A DNA stretch of 63,804 nt, the filler included, from Trichomonas gallinae (Eukaryota): assembly GCA_008369845.1 (NCBI GenBank). It is 10 parts of 10 records of this genome, joined end to end, with 100 filler letters (N's around TTAATTAATTAA, not from the genome) between each part and the next. Parts side by side here need not be neighbours in the genome. Positions count along the whole stretch, not along the records: positions 8,422 to 27,034 come from MRSU01001454.1; 9 more parts are not named here. One strand, given 5' to 3'. Positions 11,220 through 23,328 of the stretch are shown here, one piece after another. The notes under the pieces are model-generated. The model worked only from the letters and a program-made list of their open reading frames with translations, did not search any database and was not told the DNA's origin. Both the position numbers and the translations under genes were made by a program. How positions within the stretch are numbered: position 1 is the stretch's first letter; every line of letters begins with the position of its first letter.

Positions 11220-13229
11220 ATGGATCCACAGATTTTTGTTTTCTTTGAAGGAGACAAAAACTGGTGGTGCTGCTACAGACTGAATGAGAACCAGAAGGTC
11301 CACGTGAATGAGATTATAGACAATTTTCTCGAAAAACTTAAGACGATTTTGAATATTAATTTAACAATCGATGATGTATTGATATATTACTATAACTTTA
11401 AGTCACCTATATTAGATAGGATACCATTAGACGATTACAAGAAGAATATTCAAGATTTGTCGGCTGATAATTCAATCGAAATATTTGTTCAAACGAAAAA
11501 CTACAAACCAATAATAAAAAAGGAAAAAATCAATACAGAACTTGCTGCTTCTTTTGTTTTAAAGGGCAGAGAATTCCAAGAAAAAGGATTTAATATTGAT
11601 GCGCGAGATTTCTTCCAAGCAGCTGATATATACGGATATTTGGACTTAGCAAAGCTATATTTCAACAAACATATGAAAGAACAGCTGAAACTTTTACTTC
11701 CAAGAATGAAAGAAATTTTTCCAAACAACAGAGACGTAAACTTAATGGCACTCGCTTACTGCACAGACAGTGCCCAATATAAAGAATATCTAGCGTTAGC
11801 TTATCGACATTTAGGCAGTTGTTTCGGTAATGATAAGTTCTTTCATCTTTTTTCGCTTGCTAAGATCCATATTGGACATAATGAATACGAAAAAGCACAA
11901 GAATGTCTCAATAATGCAAAAGCTATCAATGATTGCCATCCTATCATTGCACAACTCGAAACTGAAATTCAAATCGCGTTAAAAGATTCAGCCAGTGCAA
12001 TAACAATGGCATTAAGAAGTCCTATGGCATATAGATATCTGAGTACCATTTGCCAAATGGATCTTGGTTATTCTAAATTACAAGAAAAAGTGTTTGACTC
12101 GAAAGATATATACTATCAGACGTTTTTCACACCAAAAGCGCTTGCTGATATAGGAAAGAATCTATTCAAATACGGAAGCGTGAACTATGCAGTGACTTTT
12201 CTACGTGAAGCATATTTAATTAAATCAGAAGTCGAAATAGTTTATCAATTACTGAAAATACTGCATATAATGCATAGTAAGCAGCAATTCATGGAGATAC
12301 TTAAGAATTTTATTAATCTAAATCAAAATGAAATTATTCCTGGGATAAACTTCAAAGATTTATTGCCTATGTTCGCCAATATAGATACAAAGCTCATATC
12401 AAAGAATATATCAAGACAGACATTTACTTCTTTACCACCAGGCGGTCTTCCAATTATCAAATTAATGATGCTGATTTCTTGTTTCTTGTATTCATTTGCA
12501 AATTACTCGAATGCGTATGACATCAGACTGAAAATACGCTGCTATTCTAATCCAATAAGAAGTATTAAGTTCGGAAACGTCAAAAGAATGTTTCAGTCAT
12601 GTGACAAGCCTCCACCAAACATAGGAAGGATGCAGGAGGCAAAATTAGCAATTGTTGGTGACGAATATGTTTATACGGCTGGTCCAATTCCATTTTTAAC
12701 AGATGAAGAAAAATTATCTTTCAAGACAGAGTATTTCGCATATCCAGGTTTAAGTATACATGACTTGACTAAGAGCGAGTTCAACAGCGGAATCAAAGCG
12801 ATATTTTTGCAAAATATGTTAAGTATTTCAAAACATTTTAATTACGTCATTTTATCCTTTGGTACAATAGACTGTGCCAAGATAATTCCAAAGGCAATAC
12901 AAGATCTCGAATATTTGCGAGTTGCAAATATTGTTGTTGATTTGATTAATCCATATGTTGACTTGATTCTAGAATATAAGGAATCTTCTACAGCATCAAT
13001 ATATGTTCATCCTGCTTATATGTTTGAAGCAACGCAGCCAATTTCAGATATTTTTAACAAAGTTCTTGCATCGAAGCTTGCAGAGCATAAGATTTATCTT
13101 GCCATTGATAGACATCTTCCTTATGCTCCAACGTCTCATGATTCTAAAAGTATGAACAGTGAATATCATTCAGCTTTGAGAAGAGAAATAGAGAACCACA
13201 TAAACGCTGAGAAAGCACAATCAGTATAA
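11220..13229 (+). CDS. TPR-like helical protein with C-terminal degenerate SGNH/GDSL-like domain
   Basis: TPR-like LAKIHIGHNEYEKAQECLNNAKAIN. The C-terminal IVGDEY...PGLSI...VILSFGTIDC resembles SGNH blocks I-III. Confidence 0.65.
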   Translation: MDPQIFVFFEGDKNWWCCYRLNENQKVHVNEIIDNFLEKLKTILNINLTIDDVLIYYYNFKSPILDRIPLDDYKKNIQDLSADNSIEIFVQTKNYKPIIKKEKINTELAASFVLKGREFQEKGFNIDARDFFQAADIYGYLDLAKLYFNKHMKEQLKLLLPRMKEIFPNNRDVNLMALAYCTDSAQYKEYLALAYRHLGSCFGNDKFFHLFSLAKIHIGHNEYEKAQECLNNAKAINDCHPIIAQLETEIQIALKDSASAITMALRSPMAYRYLSTICQMDLGYSKLQEKVFDSKDIYYQTFFTPKALADIGKNLFKYGSVNYAVTFLREAYLIKSEVEIVYQLLKILHIMHSKQQFMEILKNFINLNQNEIIPGINFKDLLPMFANIDTKLISKNISRQTFTSLPPGGLPIIKLMMLISCFLYSFANYSNAYDIRLKIRCYSNPIRSIKFGNVKRMFQSCDKPPPNIGRMQEAKLAIVGDEYVYTAGPIPFLTDEEKLSFKTEYFAYPGLSIHDLTKSEFNSGIKAIFLQNMLSISKHFNYVILSFGTIDCAKIIPKAIQDLEYLRVANIVVDLINPYVDLILEYKESSTASIYVHPAYMFEATQPISDIFNKVLASKLAEHKIYLAIDRHLPYAPTSHDSKSMNSEYHSALRREIENHINAEKAQSV

Positions 13230-13382
13230 ATATTATGTTTATTTATTTATTCAAAAAAATGAATGGCATTTTTTATATTTCAATAGTGCTAGGGATATAG
13301 ATTGGCGAATTTAGGTAAGACTTTTGAAAGAAAAATTTTCCCAATCTTGCATTAAAATTACGTCACTTTTCATTTATTTTGA

Positions 13383-14069
13383 TTGAAGCAAGAATTATAC
13401 GAGAGATTGAGACCAGAACTCGATCGTAAGGCTGACGAGTTAATACGCTATTTTGGTAAGTATCGGATCCCTTCTCAAGGTCATCTCAATGCTTTTCAAA
13501 CTTATATTCAAAGCAATACCAAACTTATCCAAAAAGTATTAGACTCATACAACGAGACTCTCCAGATTTTCCGCCAGACTCTCAAAATGCCGACAACGCC
13601 ATATACTAATTATCTTCGTTTCAGAAAAATCGACTTCAAATATCCTCGGGATATGTTTTTTTCGGATTACCAGCGCGTCATTAATTGAGCTTACGAACTG
13701 TTTGAGCCATTCAAACAATTGGGAGGAAACTGCGTTTTCATATCTAATAACACGGCTGCGACAAACGAAGAAATCAATAGAATGAATAAGGAGCTTCATA
13801 AATATGTACTTAATCAAATGGGTCCAGTTGCTAAAGATAAATTTTTCACCGAAGATTATACTAGAGAATTATATCAATATCTTTCAAGATCTAATTACTT
13901 GAATGAGTATGATTTGAAACTAACTATTAGACCGAAAAACAACACAGAACCAACATTAAATTCTGATGTTGAAACTTTATCAAAGAGCAATAATAATTCT
14001 ATTTATGAAGTTGAAAAGCGAACAGTTTCCGACCTTCAAAACAGAAACTACTTTCCTAAAGACTGCTAA
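13383..14069 (+). pseudogene. Probable pseudogene: one reading frame broken by a single TGA and lacking an ATG start
   Basis: ORFs 13383-13688 and 13719-14069 are in the same frame, separated only by TGA at 13686-13688. The start reads gATTGaag after an Inr-like TCACTTTTCATTT. Confidence 0.55.
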
Positions 14070-16145
14070 TCTCTTCATATCTCTTCGTAGAAATTATTGT
14101 TCTTGTGTTGTTCAAATCAAAAATACATTGGCTTTGATTAATCGAAACAGTAGAAATTCATTATTGAAGTTTCTTTTCATCTAACATATTTGTTGTTTGT
14201 GCTTCTAATTATCGTTATAGCACATCTATAAGCCAGAAATTGGAAAATAAAAAGTAAACGGAAAAATTTTATGCAAAGTAATTTTTTCTACCGATGGAAA
14301 TGTTTCCATACTTTGCATATAGTTTATGTAGGTTAGACGTAATGCAAAATTGCTACTCTCAAGAGATATAACAGTCCTTATTTTTCAAAAATTATATTTA
14401 AAAATCACACTGGTATTTGATTAACGCTTTTGCCGTTTTGTGACCAGAATAGTGCATATGCCAACTCTCAATGGAAATAAAGAGAATCGCATTAAAATCC
14501 TAATATCTAATTGTACGATGAATTGTGCGCATAGAACGATATTGAGTAGATGCATGTTAGGGTGATTCATACATCGGCCACATAATTGAAGCCTGAAAGC
14601 ATTTTTATAATCCAAAAAGGCTTCATTTGTGATAACCGATAAGATTTTAACGTCATTTCTACACCTCTAATTTTTTGATGAAAATAATAATATATAGCTA
14701 CATATATATCATTAAAAAGTTTTTTATTCCTGTATCTTTATTTTTTTTTGTTTTTCAAGATATTCTGCGAGCTTGGTGCTTTTCTACCTAATAACACATT
14801 CAAATAGGATATACAATCACACACTAATAACATTTGCTTAACTCTTAATCAAATTTAGTCCAATTATAGTGTTAATCGAATCGAATATACATCAATCTTG
14901 GGTTTAATACAATCATACTTATAAAGGATATTCACATGCAAAATTCATGTTTGGAGCCAAAATTTTAGGTTCTAAATCATTCTTGAACATGAGATAAATT
15001 GCCAACAGTAACTCAAAATCACACTCTGTAATCTACTAAAGCATAAAATTATATTTGAGATCACTACAAGGATGTTATTTTCCAATAAAAAACAATCTAT
15101 GGTCTGATTCTTCTCAATTTTAAAAGTCTCAAAATTTCAGTTCGAAATAATCCAATTTAAATCCAATTTTCTCTTATAGATACAGTCAGCTATTAGAAAT
15201 CAAAACTTTAATCATTAATTAATATTGAATAGTTTACAAAATGAAAAATATTTTTAATATATATAATTATAAATCTAAGTGTAAATTCTAAATTATTTTT
15301 TACATAAAATTTTACGCCAATCATTTCAATTTATTCGGAATAAAAAATTGAATCATTTTGCTATAATTTATCGATCCAGACCGAAACAATGGGTTCTATA
15401 GATATAGCAAAACGTAATGTTCCAATCAGAATTTCAGTTTATGTTTTGATTCAACAGAAAATCAATATTGAAAACTCTTGATTTTATCATTGAATTCTTA
15501 CAACAGATTCAAGTCCAATAAAACCAGGGTTAATGGCAAAATGTCCTTTTTCAGTCTTAAAATCAAGTCCACGTTGGTTCTTATATTGAAAATATTTTCA
15601 ATGCATTTGAAATTATTATCGTTCTTTTTTATTGAAGATATAAGCCTGTTCGCTAATTTCCTTTATATTTCTAATTTTATCTCTTGAAAATTAAAAACGA
15701 TTTTTATTGTTTTTTAAGTACTATCTCTATCATATTAAAGGCTTTCAATTACTTACAATTTATAATTGAGAACCCACATCGTAAGGATGAAAAATATTAT
15801 ATATCTATAGGTGAATAATTTGGCGTTGATTTGAGAGATTCTCTCAAATAATTTTGATTACTATTCAAATATTTAACCTCTTTAATATTAATGCATATTA
15901 TGATATTAATAAGTTCTACTTCTACATAATTGACAGTCAGTCAATTTAAAATGCCAAAATTCTTTATCGCATATTATTATATAACATAATAATTTTATTT
16001 TGGGAAAAATATTGAGAGACTCACAATTAATTTCAATGATAATTCAAATCTAAACCATTCTCTATCTACTCCATACTAAATGATAATACGTGCAATCACA
16101 ATCAAAATTTTTTGAAAACGATAACTGCAAAAACAAAAAAAAAAA

Positions 16146-16874
16146 ATGATACAAGAAGAACCTTCATATCTCAACATCTTAGTTGACGCCGATAAGAGAA
16201 GGTACGGTGAGCTACGCAATTTCCTTAGGTCCGAAAAAATGAGATACCAACGTTTCCATAGAATGGATACATTCGATCAAATCTTGGACGAGATTAGAAA
16301 GTTCTGCATACAAGGAGACGAAGACGATTGGAAGAGGTGTCTCGTTTGTGGGGTCTGCTGGATGAATGGATACACAGGAATCAATGTAAAACAATTAAGA
16401 TACTTGACTGACAAGTCCAAATCAAATATTAATGGTGTACTAGCTAAGCTCGGTTACATTCAAGTGCAAAGTATTCAATTGAAGAAAGAATTAATCGAAA
16501 CAATTCCATTTTTGAAAGGAAACTACTTGGAACAAAGATTCTGGACAATCAGATCTAATCCTTTAAGTCAGCAGAGTAATTCAAACAGTTCTGATTCGGC
16601 TTCTTCTCCAGAATTATCCGTTTCAAGTCCAGAACAGTACCAATCACAAACTCCACAGCCATATATGAACAAGAGGAAGTATGACCTTGTTGATATGCCA
16701 AAAGGCGAAGAAATTCAAAACATGTTCTCGGTTTTGGATTTAAAGATTCGCGATGGAGCTGTTTGCGGCCTTGATCCAAGTGAAATCGATTTCTTTGCTG
16801 ATCCAATATGCTGCATTCCAGCTGGTTTAATGATTCCTTGCGTTAATTCAAATGAATTATTATCATTCGGTTGA
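16146..16874 (+). CDS. Initiator-binding domain (IBD, IBP39-like) protein
   Basis: Signature F..IL.EI..FC..GD..DWKRCLVCGVCW....GIN..QL..L..KSKSNING.L..LGY. Confidence 0.9.
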   Translation: MIQEEPSYLNILVDADKRRYGELRNFLRSEKMRYQRFHRMDTFDQILDEIRKFCIQGDEDDWKRCLVCGVCWMNGYTGINVKQLRYLTDKSKSNINGVLAKLGYIQVQSIQLKKELIETIPFLKGNYLEQRFWTIRSNPLSQQSNSNSSDSASSPELSVSSPEQYQSQTPQPYMNKRKYDLVDMPKGEEIQNMFSVLDLKIRDGAVCGLDPSEIDFFADPICCIPAGLMIPCVNSNELLSFG

Positions 16875-17479
16875 AGAGAACTTTGTTCCTCAACAATCAA
16901 CAGTATATGATTTGTATGTTATTTTGACATTGTACTTTATATCATCATCGAATTATCAAATAAATTTTTTATGTATTTTGTAATATGATTAATTGTTTTT
17001 ATATTTACATTTGTATGTGCAAAGCACTTAAAATATCTATTAAATAATAAGTATAATCACTTATTTTCTTTTTATTTCGAATATATTTTCATTAATAAAG
17101 GGTTTAAATGATAAATATGAGTTACATGTAAAACATACAATTGAATTTAATATTATTTCAAGGTAAACACCGATCAGATGTCTATTATTTGGTTCACATC
17201 TAAAATTAATGTGAAATTTTGAATTAATAACAAATTACGGATATTCATTGTGCATAATATGACTTACTGATTTGTATAACAACGTCAAACAGCCTCAAAT
17301 CAAGTTTAATAAATATCAAAAAATGAAACAATGATTGATGAAAATCTGCAGTGCGAAACGATTGAATAACCACTAAATTAGCTTTAATGTTGATTATTAT
17401 AGTCTTAATTATATTAATCAAAATTTCGAAATTCAAATTTACTAAAAACAAAATAAAAACATATACTCAATCAGTATAA

Positions 17480-20400
17480 TTATGGTTCAACGATGTAAGT
17501 GAACATCTTGCTTGCTTTCACGTCAATCTCACCTCTTTCTTTGATTTCAAACTGCTGCCCGTAGATGAGTTCGTAGACGGGCCTAGAAATGTGGACTTTC
17601 ATTGGCACACCGTGATGTTCCATTTCATGTGCTATATTAATTGCTGGGCCAAGGATCTCAAATGTTGGTTTTTCTGTTCCAATGATTCCAGCAACGATTG
17701 GACCGCCTGTATTGACACCAACTCTGATTCTTAGATTTTCTTTTTCGCTTTCATCAATTTCTAAGAGTTTCTTGATGAAGCAGCAGCCAGAATCAACAAC
17801 CTCCTTTGCATGTATCGAAGGCTGATTGATTTCATCGAAAATGCCACCAGCTGCCATGTAGCAATCTCCTATGCATTTGATTTTTGTCATTGTTTTGTGG
17901 GAATTTGTTATAGCGTCAAATTCTTTGAACATAATATTCAGCATTCTCATGACATATTGAGCATCATGGGATCCACACCATGGTGTGAACTCAACAACAT
18001 CAAGGAAGAGGATTGTTGCGGACTGAACAGCGAACGAAATGTTCTTTTCGCCAGCTTGTACTCTTGGAACTAACATTGCCGGCAAAATTGATGCAAGCAT
18101 GGCATCTGACTTCTTCTTCTCGTCAGCGATCATCTTTTCATGCATAATGTTAAGAGTGCTGTCTCTTCCTGAGTAAATTCTTCGTCCACTGATGCAGTTT
18201 GTTGTGAAGTCCAGATAGATTTTGTCGGAATTTTCTTTCGTGTAAATCAATGAACAAGCATTTGTAAAAACTTTCTCGAGTTTTTCATTTGATGTGAATC
18301 TTTGCTCAGTGAAGAATTCTCTGATATTCTTGTCTTTCATTTCTTCTTGTTTCAGTCCAAACATTTCTTCGAAAGCATTATTCACTGAGATAATCTTTAA
18401 TGTTTCTTCCTGTGTGACAATAACAACTTCGTTGAGTTTGTTGACGATTTCGTTCGAAAATGATGCATGTCTCTCAGCAGTGTCTTCAGCTGTGTAATTG
18501 TAGTTTCCCGACAAAAGATCCATGATTCTGTGGTTGTTCATGATAGACATAGGTGGACATCTCAAGAACAATCTCAAGCAGAATTTGAGATGAGCATTTT
18601 CATTGACAACAAGGAAAACAATAATCAAAGAAATCACAAATGTCAAAGAAATGAAAACTCCTGCATAAACATCGAGATTGTCGCCTTCCTCCTTGATGTT
18701 ACCTATAATGATTGGTACAATCAATTGACTTGCTGGAGCGAAAAATGATTCGTAAAGTTCAACAGGACCAATTTGCCAAAGTTGCTGCAAGGCCATTTCC
18801 GCTGCATCTGGGTAAACAACTGGCGCGTTCTTCATGTTCACGACATATTTCTTGACGATTGATGTCGCGATGAGGAACTGTTGGGCAGCTGAGAAGCAGT
18901 GGCAGCTGTCCATTACTGTGACTGGAGGTTTTTCTACTCCAGGGCAAACTAATTCATTGGATGCGCGAGCAATTTCAGCTTCCATTCTTGTAAATGGAAC
19001 CTCTCTTGGATCTGGTCCTCCGAGTCTGATTTCCTGGAAGTTTTGAACGAGAACAGGAAGGTTGTATTCAACGAAATCAATGTCCTTCTCTAAGTCGATA
19101 ATCGAATCAGCATATTTAGGATCATATTTCGCCAGTGCAATCTTCAATAAGCCTCCAACAACAGTAAACATGTATGAATTTGATCCGAAGACGTAGTTGA
19201 TGTGATGGCTGTTGTACATTAATGTTTCTGATGCTGTTGAGAAAACATTGATACCCAAATAATAAACAGTACAAGTTAAAATCATTATTAATAAGAAGCA
19301 TATAAAATTGGAAAGTTCAATTGAAGCTTTAGAAGCTCCATCACTTATAGAGTTGAAAAGTTTGATGATGGACTCTTCCTGTCTGCTTAAATCGGACTCT
19401 GATGCATTATCTGTATTTATTGTCGAATCTTTCTTGTTGAGTTTGGCGAAAGATGCTGAGATTGCTGAAATAACAGTCTTCGGAAGCAGTGTCAATGCCT
19501 GGAGGATCTCATATCTATTCTTCCTGAGCATTCTGATCTGTGTGAAGAAAATAATCGGATAAACAATGACGCAAATTGCAATTAAAACAAAAGAAAGAAT
19601 CCTGAAAACAAACTGATAACTTTGGTCATTCTTCTTGATGAAGTTCAATAAAATATGCATTGATTCATCAATATTAGAATAAGCATGGTCAATGTTGTTC
19701 CTCGCTGTAAGAGAATCAACGCCACAAGCAACTGTTTCATCCACGACTTCGTAGTTCAGCAGTTTTCCGACATGGTTTGCAATCATGAAGCTTGTTTGTT
19801 CAATTGACGATTTCATAATATGTGGATTGTCTTTTTCGATGTATAAATAGAAGTCCACATTGTTTGCAAACAATAATGATCTGACTTCTTTCATGTCTTC
19901 ATTGTTTGGCATGAAATTTCTAAGTTTGCTCATATGCTCTGTTGCAATAGAAACTTGTCTAGCAATATATTCGAGACAATCTCTTGCTTTTGGAGATCCA
20001 CCGAGATACTTCAATGAGAAGCCTGGAACTAGCTGAAGTGGCTCCATGATGCTGTGTCCTGGATTCCTTGGATCGTCAAGATTGTAAAAGAAGAAACTTG
20101 TTACATAACCACTCAAAATCGAAATAATGTCTCTCGTTTCTGCGATGCCTTCCATGAAAACGACTGGTTTCGAGAGATTGGCAGCGAAGAACTCGAATCC
20201 AATGAGCATAGCTATTATCGGACAAACAACCAAGAAGAACCAAGCAAGCATCGTTGAGCAAATCATATATCTTATCGCTGGAACTCTATGATTGTCAATT
20301 TGTTTGGAAATCGACTCCAATGCTTCGATATTTAATGAATCATCAATGATGCTATCTTCTGGGTTGATAGTGTCTTCTGTTTTAACATTAGTTATTTCAT

Positions 20401-22117
20401 GTGATGAGCAAACTTCGGGCATATTCGGCCAAGCTTCCATTCCTAACGCGTGAACATTATCTTCGGCGACTGATATTCCTCTTTGTAGCTTCAAGAGGAC
20501 TTCACTGTACTGCTTTGCCTGGATAATATCTCCTTTGACATCATTTAAGAATATCAGGTTCTGCTTTGCGACGAATCTGTTTACTGGGTATTGCATTAAT
20601 AAGTGGCTCATTTCGACTTCACATTCTTGGACAGAATCTTGTGTTCTCTTGATGACAGAGCTCAAGTCGTTGATGTTGCCTTGTAGTACTAAATCCCATA
20701 TATTACGCTGTCTGTTCTTCGTCTTCATGAACAGCTTTGAAAGCTTGGAAATTTTATTTTTTAGTTGCGGAGTGAATTTTGTTTCGCGAGTTTTAATGAT
20801 ATAGTTCGTGCACTCGAGAATTATTGATTGCAACTTGTCCTTTGTGCGAATTGACGCAACACTCTGCCTAATTAATGATAAAGTTTGCGAGTTTTCTGGA
20901 TAAATTGCGCAAAACTTTGCAAATAAGGCCCAAACATCCAAAGCATCCTTCCATTCAGCGCAAGCTAGTTTGAATATTGTAAGGCTTGTGCAAAAAGAAT
21001 GATTATATTGAAATCCTGTTCCAAGAATCTGCTTGAAATAGTTTTTAGACTTCAATATACTAATATCCTGGTTATCTTCGATCTCATCAAGTAGTTTCAA
21101 CTCTTTCCTTATTCTCGCGTTGATGAATAAATCGGTGCAAACGAAACAAATGACTCCAACACCAGCGAAACCGGCGAAGAAGTACTCAGTCCATGGTTTC
21201 TTGAGGAAAATTATGACCAGGTTTGCAATACATAGAACGATTCCAAGAATTGATCCGCCTAAAACCATAACTGTATGTTTCTTGCTGATGTACGATGCAC
21301 ATCTGAAGCACGTTGAAGCACTGTAGCAGTAGAAGCCAATAGAGATCACAATCATCGCTGCAGAAGGAATTGCAGTGAAATATGTTGTCAAAGACGAAAC
21401 AAGCGTCATTATTCCTGTTGTGATCAGCAGCTTTGTTTGTGGGGAGCCTTCGATTGATGGGAATGAACACGGCCTCCAAACGAGCGAAACTGAGTAAGCA
21501 TTTCTAATCATCCAAATATAAATCCACATGATTGAAAACGAGAAAAATACCATGATGCATCCGACAATGTCCAACGAGATTGTGCCTTGTATGTATGCAG
21601 AAAGTATCTGGCCAGTGTATTGGGCTGAAATTGGAACTAATAAGAAAGGTCCAATGGCTAAATAGACACTTAGTATAATCAGGGAAACTCTTGGTACCTT
21701 GCTGGTGCTCTTGTATGAAAATGCAGTGTATTGCATGTAGATTCCCATAACAAGCAAAATTCCATTGACAACAGACAAGATTATTATCTCATTTCCTCTC
21801 CTGTACTCCAAAGGGATGATATGGAAGAGCACTGTCAGCACAGACATCACTTTCTGCGCTAAAGTGCCTTCAGCGAAAGAATCGAGATTCGCCGCCATGA
21901 ATGACCCGCCAATGAGCTGGAAGAATCTCAGATATGATACAATGGTGTAAAGCAAACCCATCCTTGGTGCATATATGTCAAAATAGTTGAACAACGCAAT
22001 TAACGAATCAATCATTTTCTCGGTAATTGGAATATCAATTAAACCATCGAACCTGCTGATAGAGGACAGCTCAAGCTCACTTCCACTCTTGCCAGTGGAT
22101 GTCTGGTTATCTTCCAT
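17480..22117 (-). CDS. Transmembrane adenylyl cyclase (class III) with PAS-like domain
   Basis: Many TM helices, PAS-like IISVNNAFEEMFG, catalytic LFLDVVEFT, KIKCIGDCYMAAGG and RIRVGVNTGGPIVAG. ATG 22117 follows an Inr-like TCATTT. Confidence 0.93.
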   Translation of the reverse strand: MEDNQTSTGKSGSELELSSISRFDGLIDIPITEKMIDSLIALFNYFDIYAPRMGLLYTIVSYLRFFQLIGGSFMAANLDSFAEGTLAQKVMSVLTVLFHIIPLEYRRGNEIIILSVVNGILLVMGIYMQYTAFSYKSTSKVPRVSLIILSVYLAIGPFLLVPISAQYTGQILSAYIQGTISLDIVGCIMVFFSFSIMWIYIWMIRNAYSVSLVWRPCSFPSIEGSPQTKLLITTGIMTLVSSLTTYFTAIPSAAMIVISIGFYCYSASTCFRCASYISKKHTVMVLGGSILGIVLCIANLVIIFLKKPWTEYFFAGFAGVGVICFVCTDLFINARIRKELKLLDEIEDNQDISILKSKNYFKQILGTGFQYNHSFCTSLTIFKLACAEWKDALDVWALFAKFCAIYPENSQTLSLIRQSVASIRTKDKLQSIILECTNYIIKTRETKFTPQLKNKISKLSKLFMKTKNRQRNIWDLVLQGNINDLSSVIKRTQDSVQECEVEMSHLLMQYPVNRFVAKQNLIFLNDVKGDIIQAKQYSEVLLKLQRGISVAEDNVHALGMEAWPNMPEVCSSHEITNVKTEDTINPEDSIIDDSLNIEALESISKQIDNHRVPAIRYMICSTMLAWFFLVVCPIIAMLIGFEFFAANLSKPVVFMEGIAETRDIISILSGYVTSFFFYNLDDPRNPGHSIMEPLQLVPGFSLKYLGGSPKARDCLEYIARQVSIATEHMSKLRNFMPNNEDMKEVRSLLFANNVDFYLYIEKDNPHIMKSSIEQTSFMIANHVGKLLNYEVVDETVACGVDSLTARNNIDHAYSNIDESMHILLNFIKKNDQSYQFVFRILSFVLIAICVIVYPIIFFTQIRMLRKNRYEILQALTLLPKTVISAISASFAKLNKKDSTINTDNASESDLSRQEESIIKLFNSISDGASKASIELSNFICFLLIMILTCTVYYLGINVFSTASETLMYNSHHINYVFGSNSYMFTVVGGLLKIALAKYDPKYADSIIDLEKDIDFVEYNLPVLVQNFQEIRLGGPDPREVPFTRMEAEIARASNELVCPGVEKPPVTVMDSCHCFSAAQQFLIATSIVKKYVVNMKNAPVVYPDAAEMALQQLWQIGPVELYESFFAPASQLIVPIIIGNIKEEGDNLDVYAGVFISLTFVISLIIVFLVVNENAHLKFCLRLFLRCPPMSIMNNHRIMDLLSGNYNYTAEDTAERHASFSNEIVNKLNEVVIVTQEETLKIISVNNAFEEMFGLKQEEMKDKNIREFFTEQRFTSNEKLEKVFTNACSLIYTKENSDKIYLDFTTNCISGRRIYSGRDSTLNIMHEKMIADEKKKSDAMLASILPAMLVPRVQAGEKNISFAVQSATILFLDVVEFTPWCGSHDAQYVMRMLNIMFKEFDAITNSHKTMTKIKCIGDCYMAAGGIFDEINQPSIHAKEVVDSGCCFIKKLLEIDESEKENLRIRVGVNTGGPIVAGIIGTEKPTFEILGPAINIAHEMEHHGVPMKVHISRPVYELIYGQQFEIKERGEIDVKASKMFTYIVEP

Positions 22118-23328
22118 ATATGAGAAATGATGTGACAAAAAATTCAAAAGATTTTTTTGGTTTTCAAATCTCATTCATTGATTTTAATCTGATTTTGACG
22201 TTATACGTGTAATATGCACAGTCCAGTAATACATGTCTAAATGGTAGCTTAGCACTTTCAATGGCCAGTCCCGCTAAAATTCATGTTTTTTTCTTATCAA
22301 AACTGCATTTCAATTGTTATTAAGTGGGATGGAAATTGGAATATTTCAAATCTATTGTTTCCTAGAGTGTTTTAATATTTTTGGAATTTATGCTCGAACT
22401 TTTGAATTTTTTCTGAATATTCTCATGAATTTTTTTATTTGAAATTCAGGATTTCTGCTAATAACCAGCTTATTACGACACGTTTTTTAAACATTTTCCG
22501 TGTTGAATGAATTGAAAAATATTGAATTGTGCCATGCTTGAATTGATAGAAATATTTGTTAACAAGCTTTTCATATGTTGATAGTTGTACATTATTCCAT
22601 TGCTTTAGAGTCATCCGATGACATAAATTTTTTCTTTATTTTTTCAATTATCCTTTAAAAAATGAAATTCAATTTTTGCATCCAAAATTCGGATTTGAAA
22701 GTTTATATTTCCTTATAGATGGGGTGAACGGGATGATTTTACATTGATTTACATTTCAAGCCTGTAAAATTTATGAATTCAAATCCAAATGTTTTTGTTG
22801 CTTAAGTGTGCAATAGTTTTCCGTGCTATACAATGCGTTATCAAAGGTAATCTGCGGAATCAGTAAATTCAATTGGGTTAAATTCTTCGTAATTTTATCA
22901 TCGGGGCATTATGCTGGATATACAATACAATATTTGCAAGAAACCTGTAATTTTGGTGTAAATTATTTCGGATATTCAATAATTTACAGGCTATGGTTAA
23001 ATTACCAAAAATTAATGCATTATATGATCCAAATTAGCAAATAACTGCAGGATTAAAGCTCATCTATATAATTCTCGCAATCAAAAATATTTTAACGACA
23101 TAAGACCATTTAAATTGATAGATAAGCATTTCTCATAATTTCTATCATCATGCCAATGTGTATTGACATGAAAAAAATCTATAATATTTGAATTCTTGCA
23201 TTTATGTTACTACACGAATAAAATGTTTTCTGCAGCTTACATAGAATGTGTAGATGCTATTTTTCTAGGTTTAAAATATGAATTTTGAAATTTAATAACA
23301 TAAAGAATTTATCCAAAAAATAATCTAA

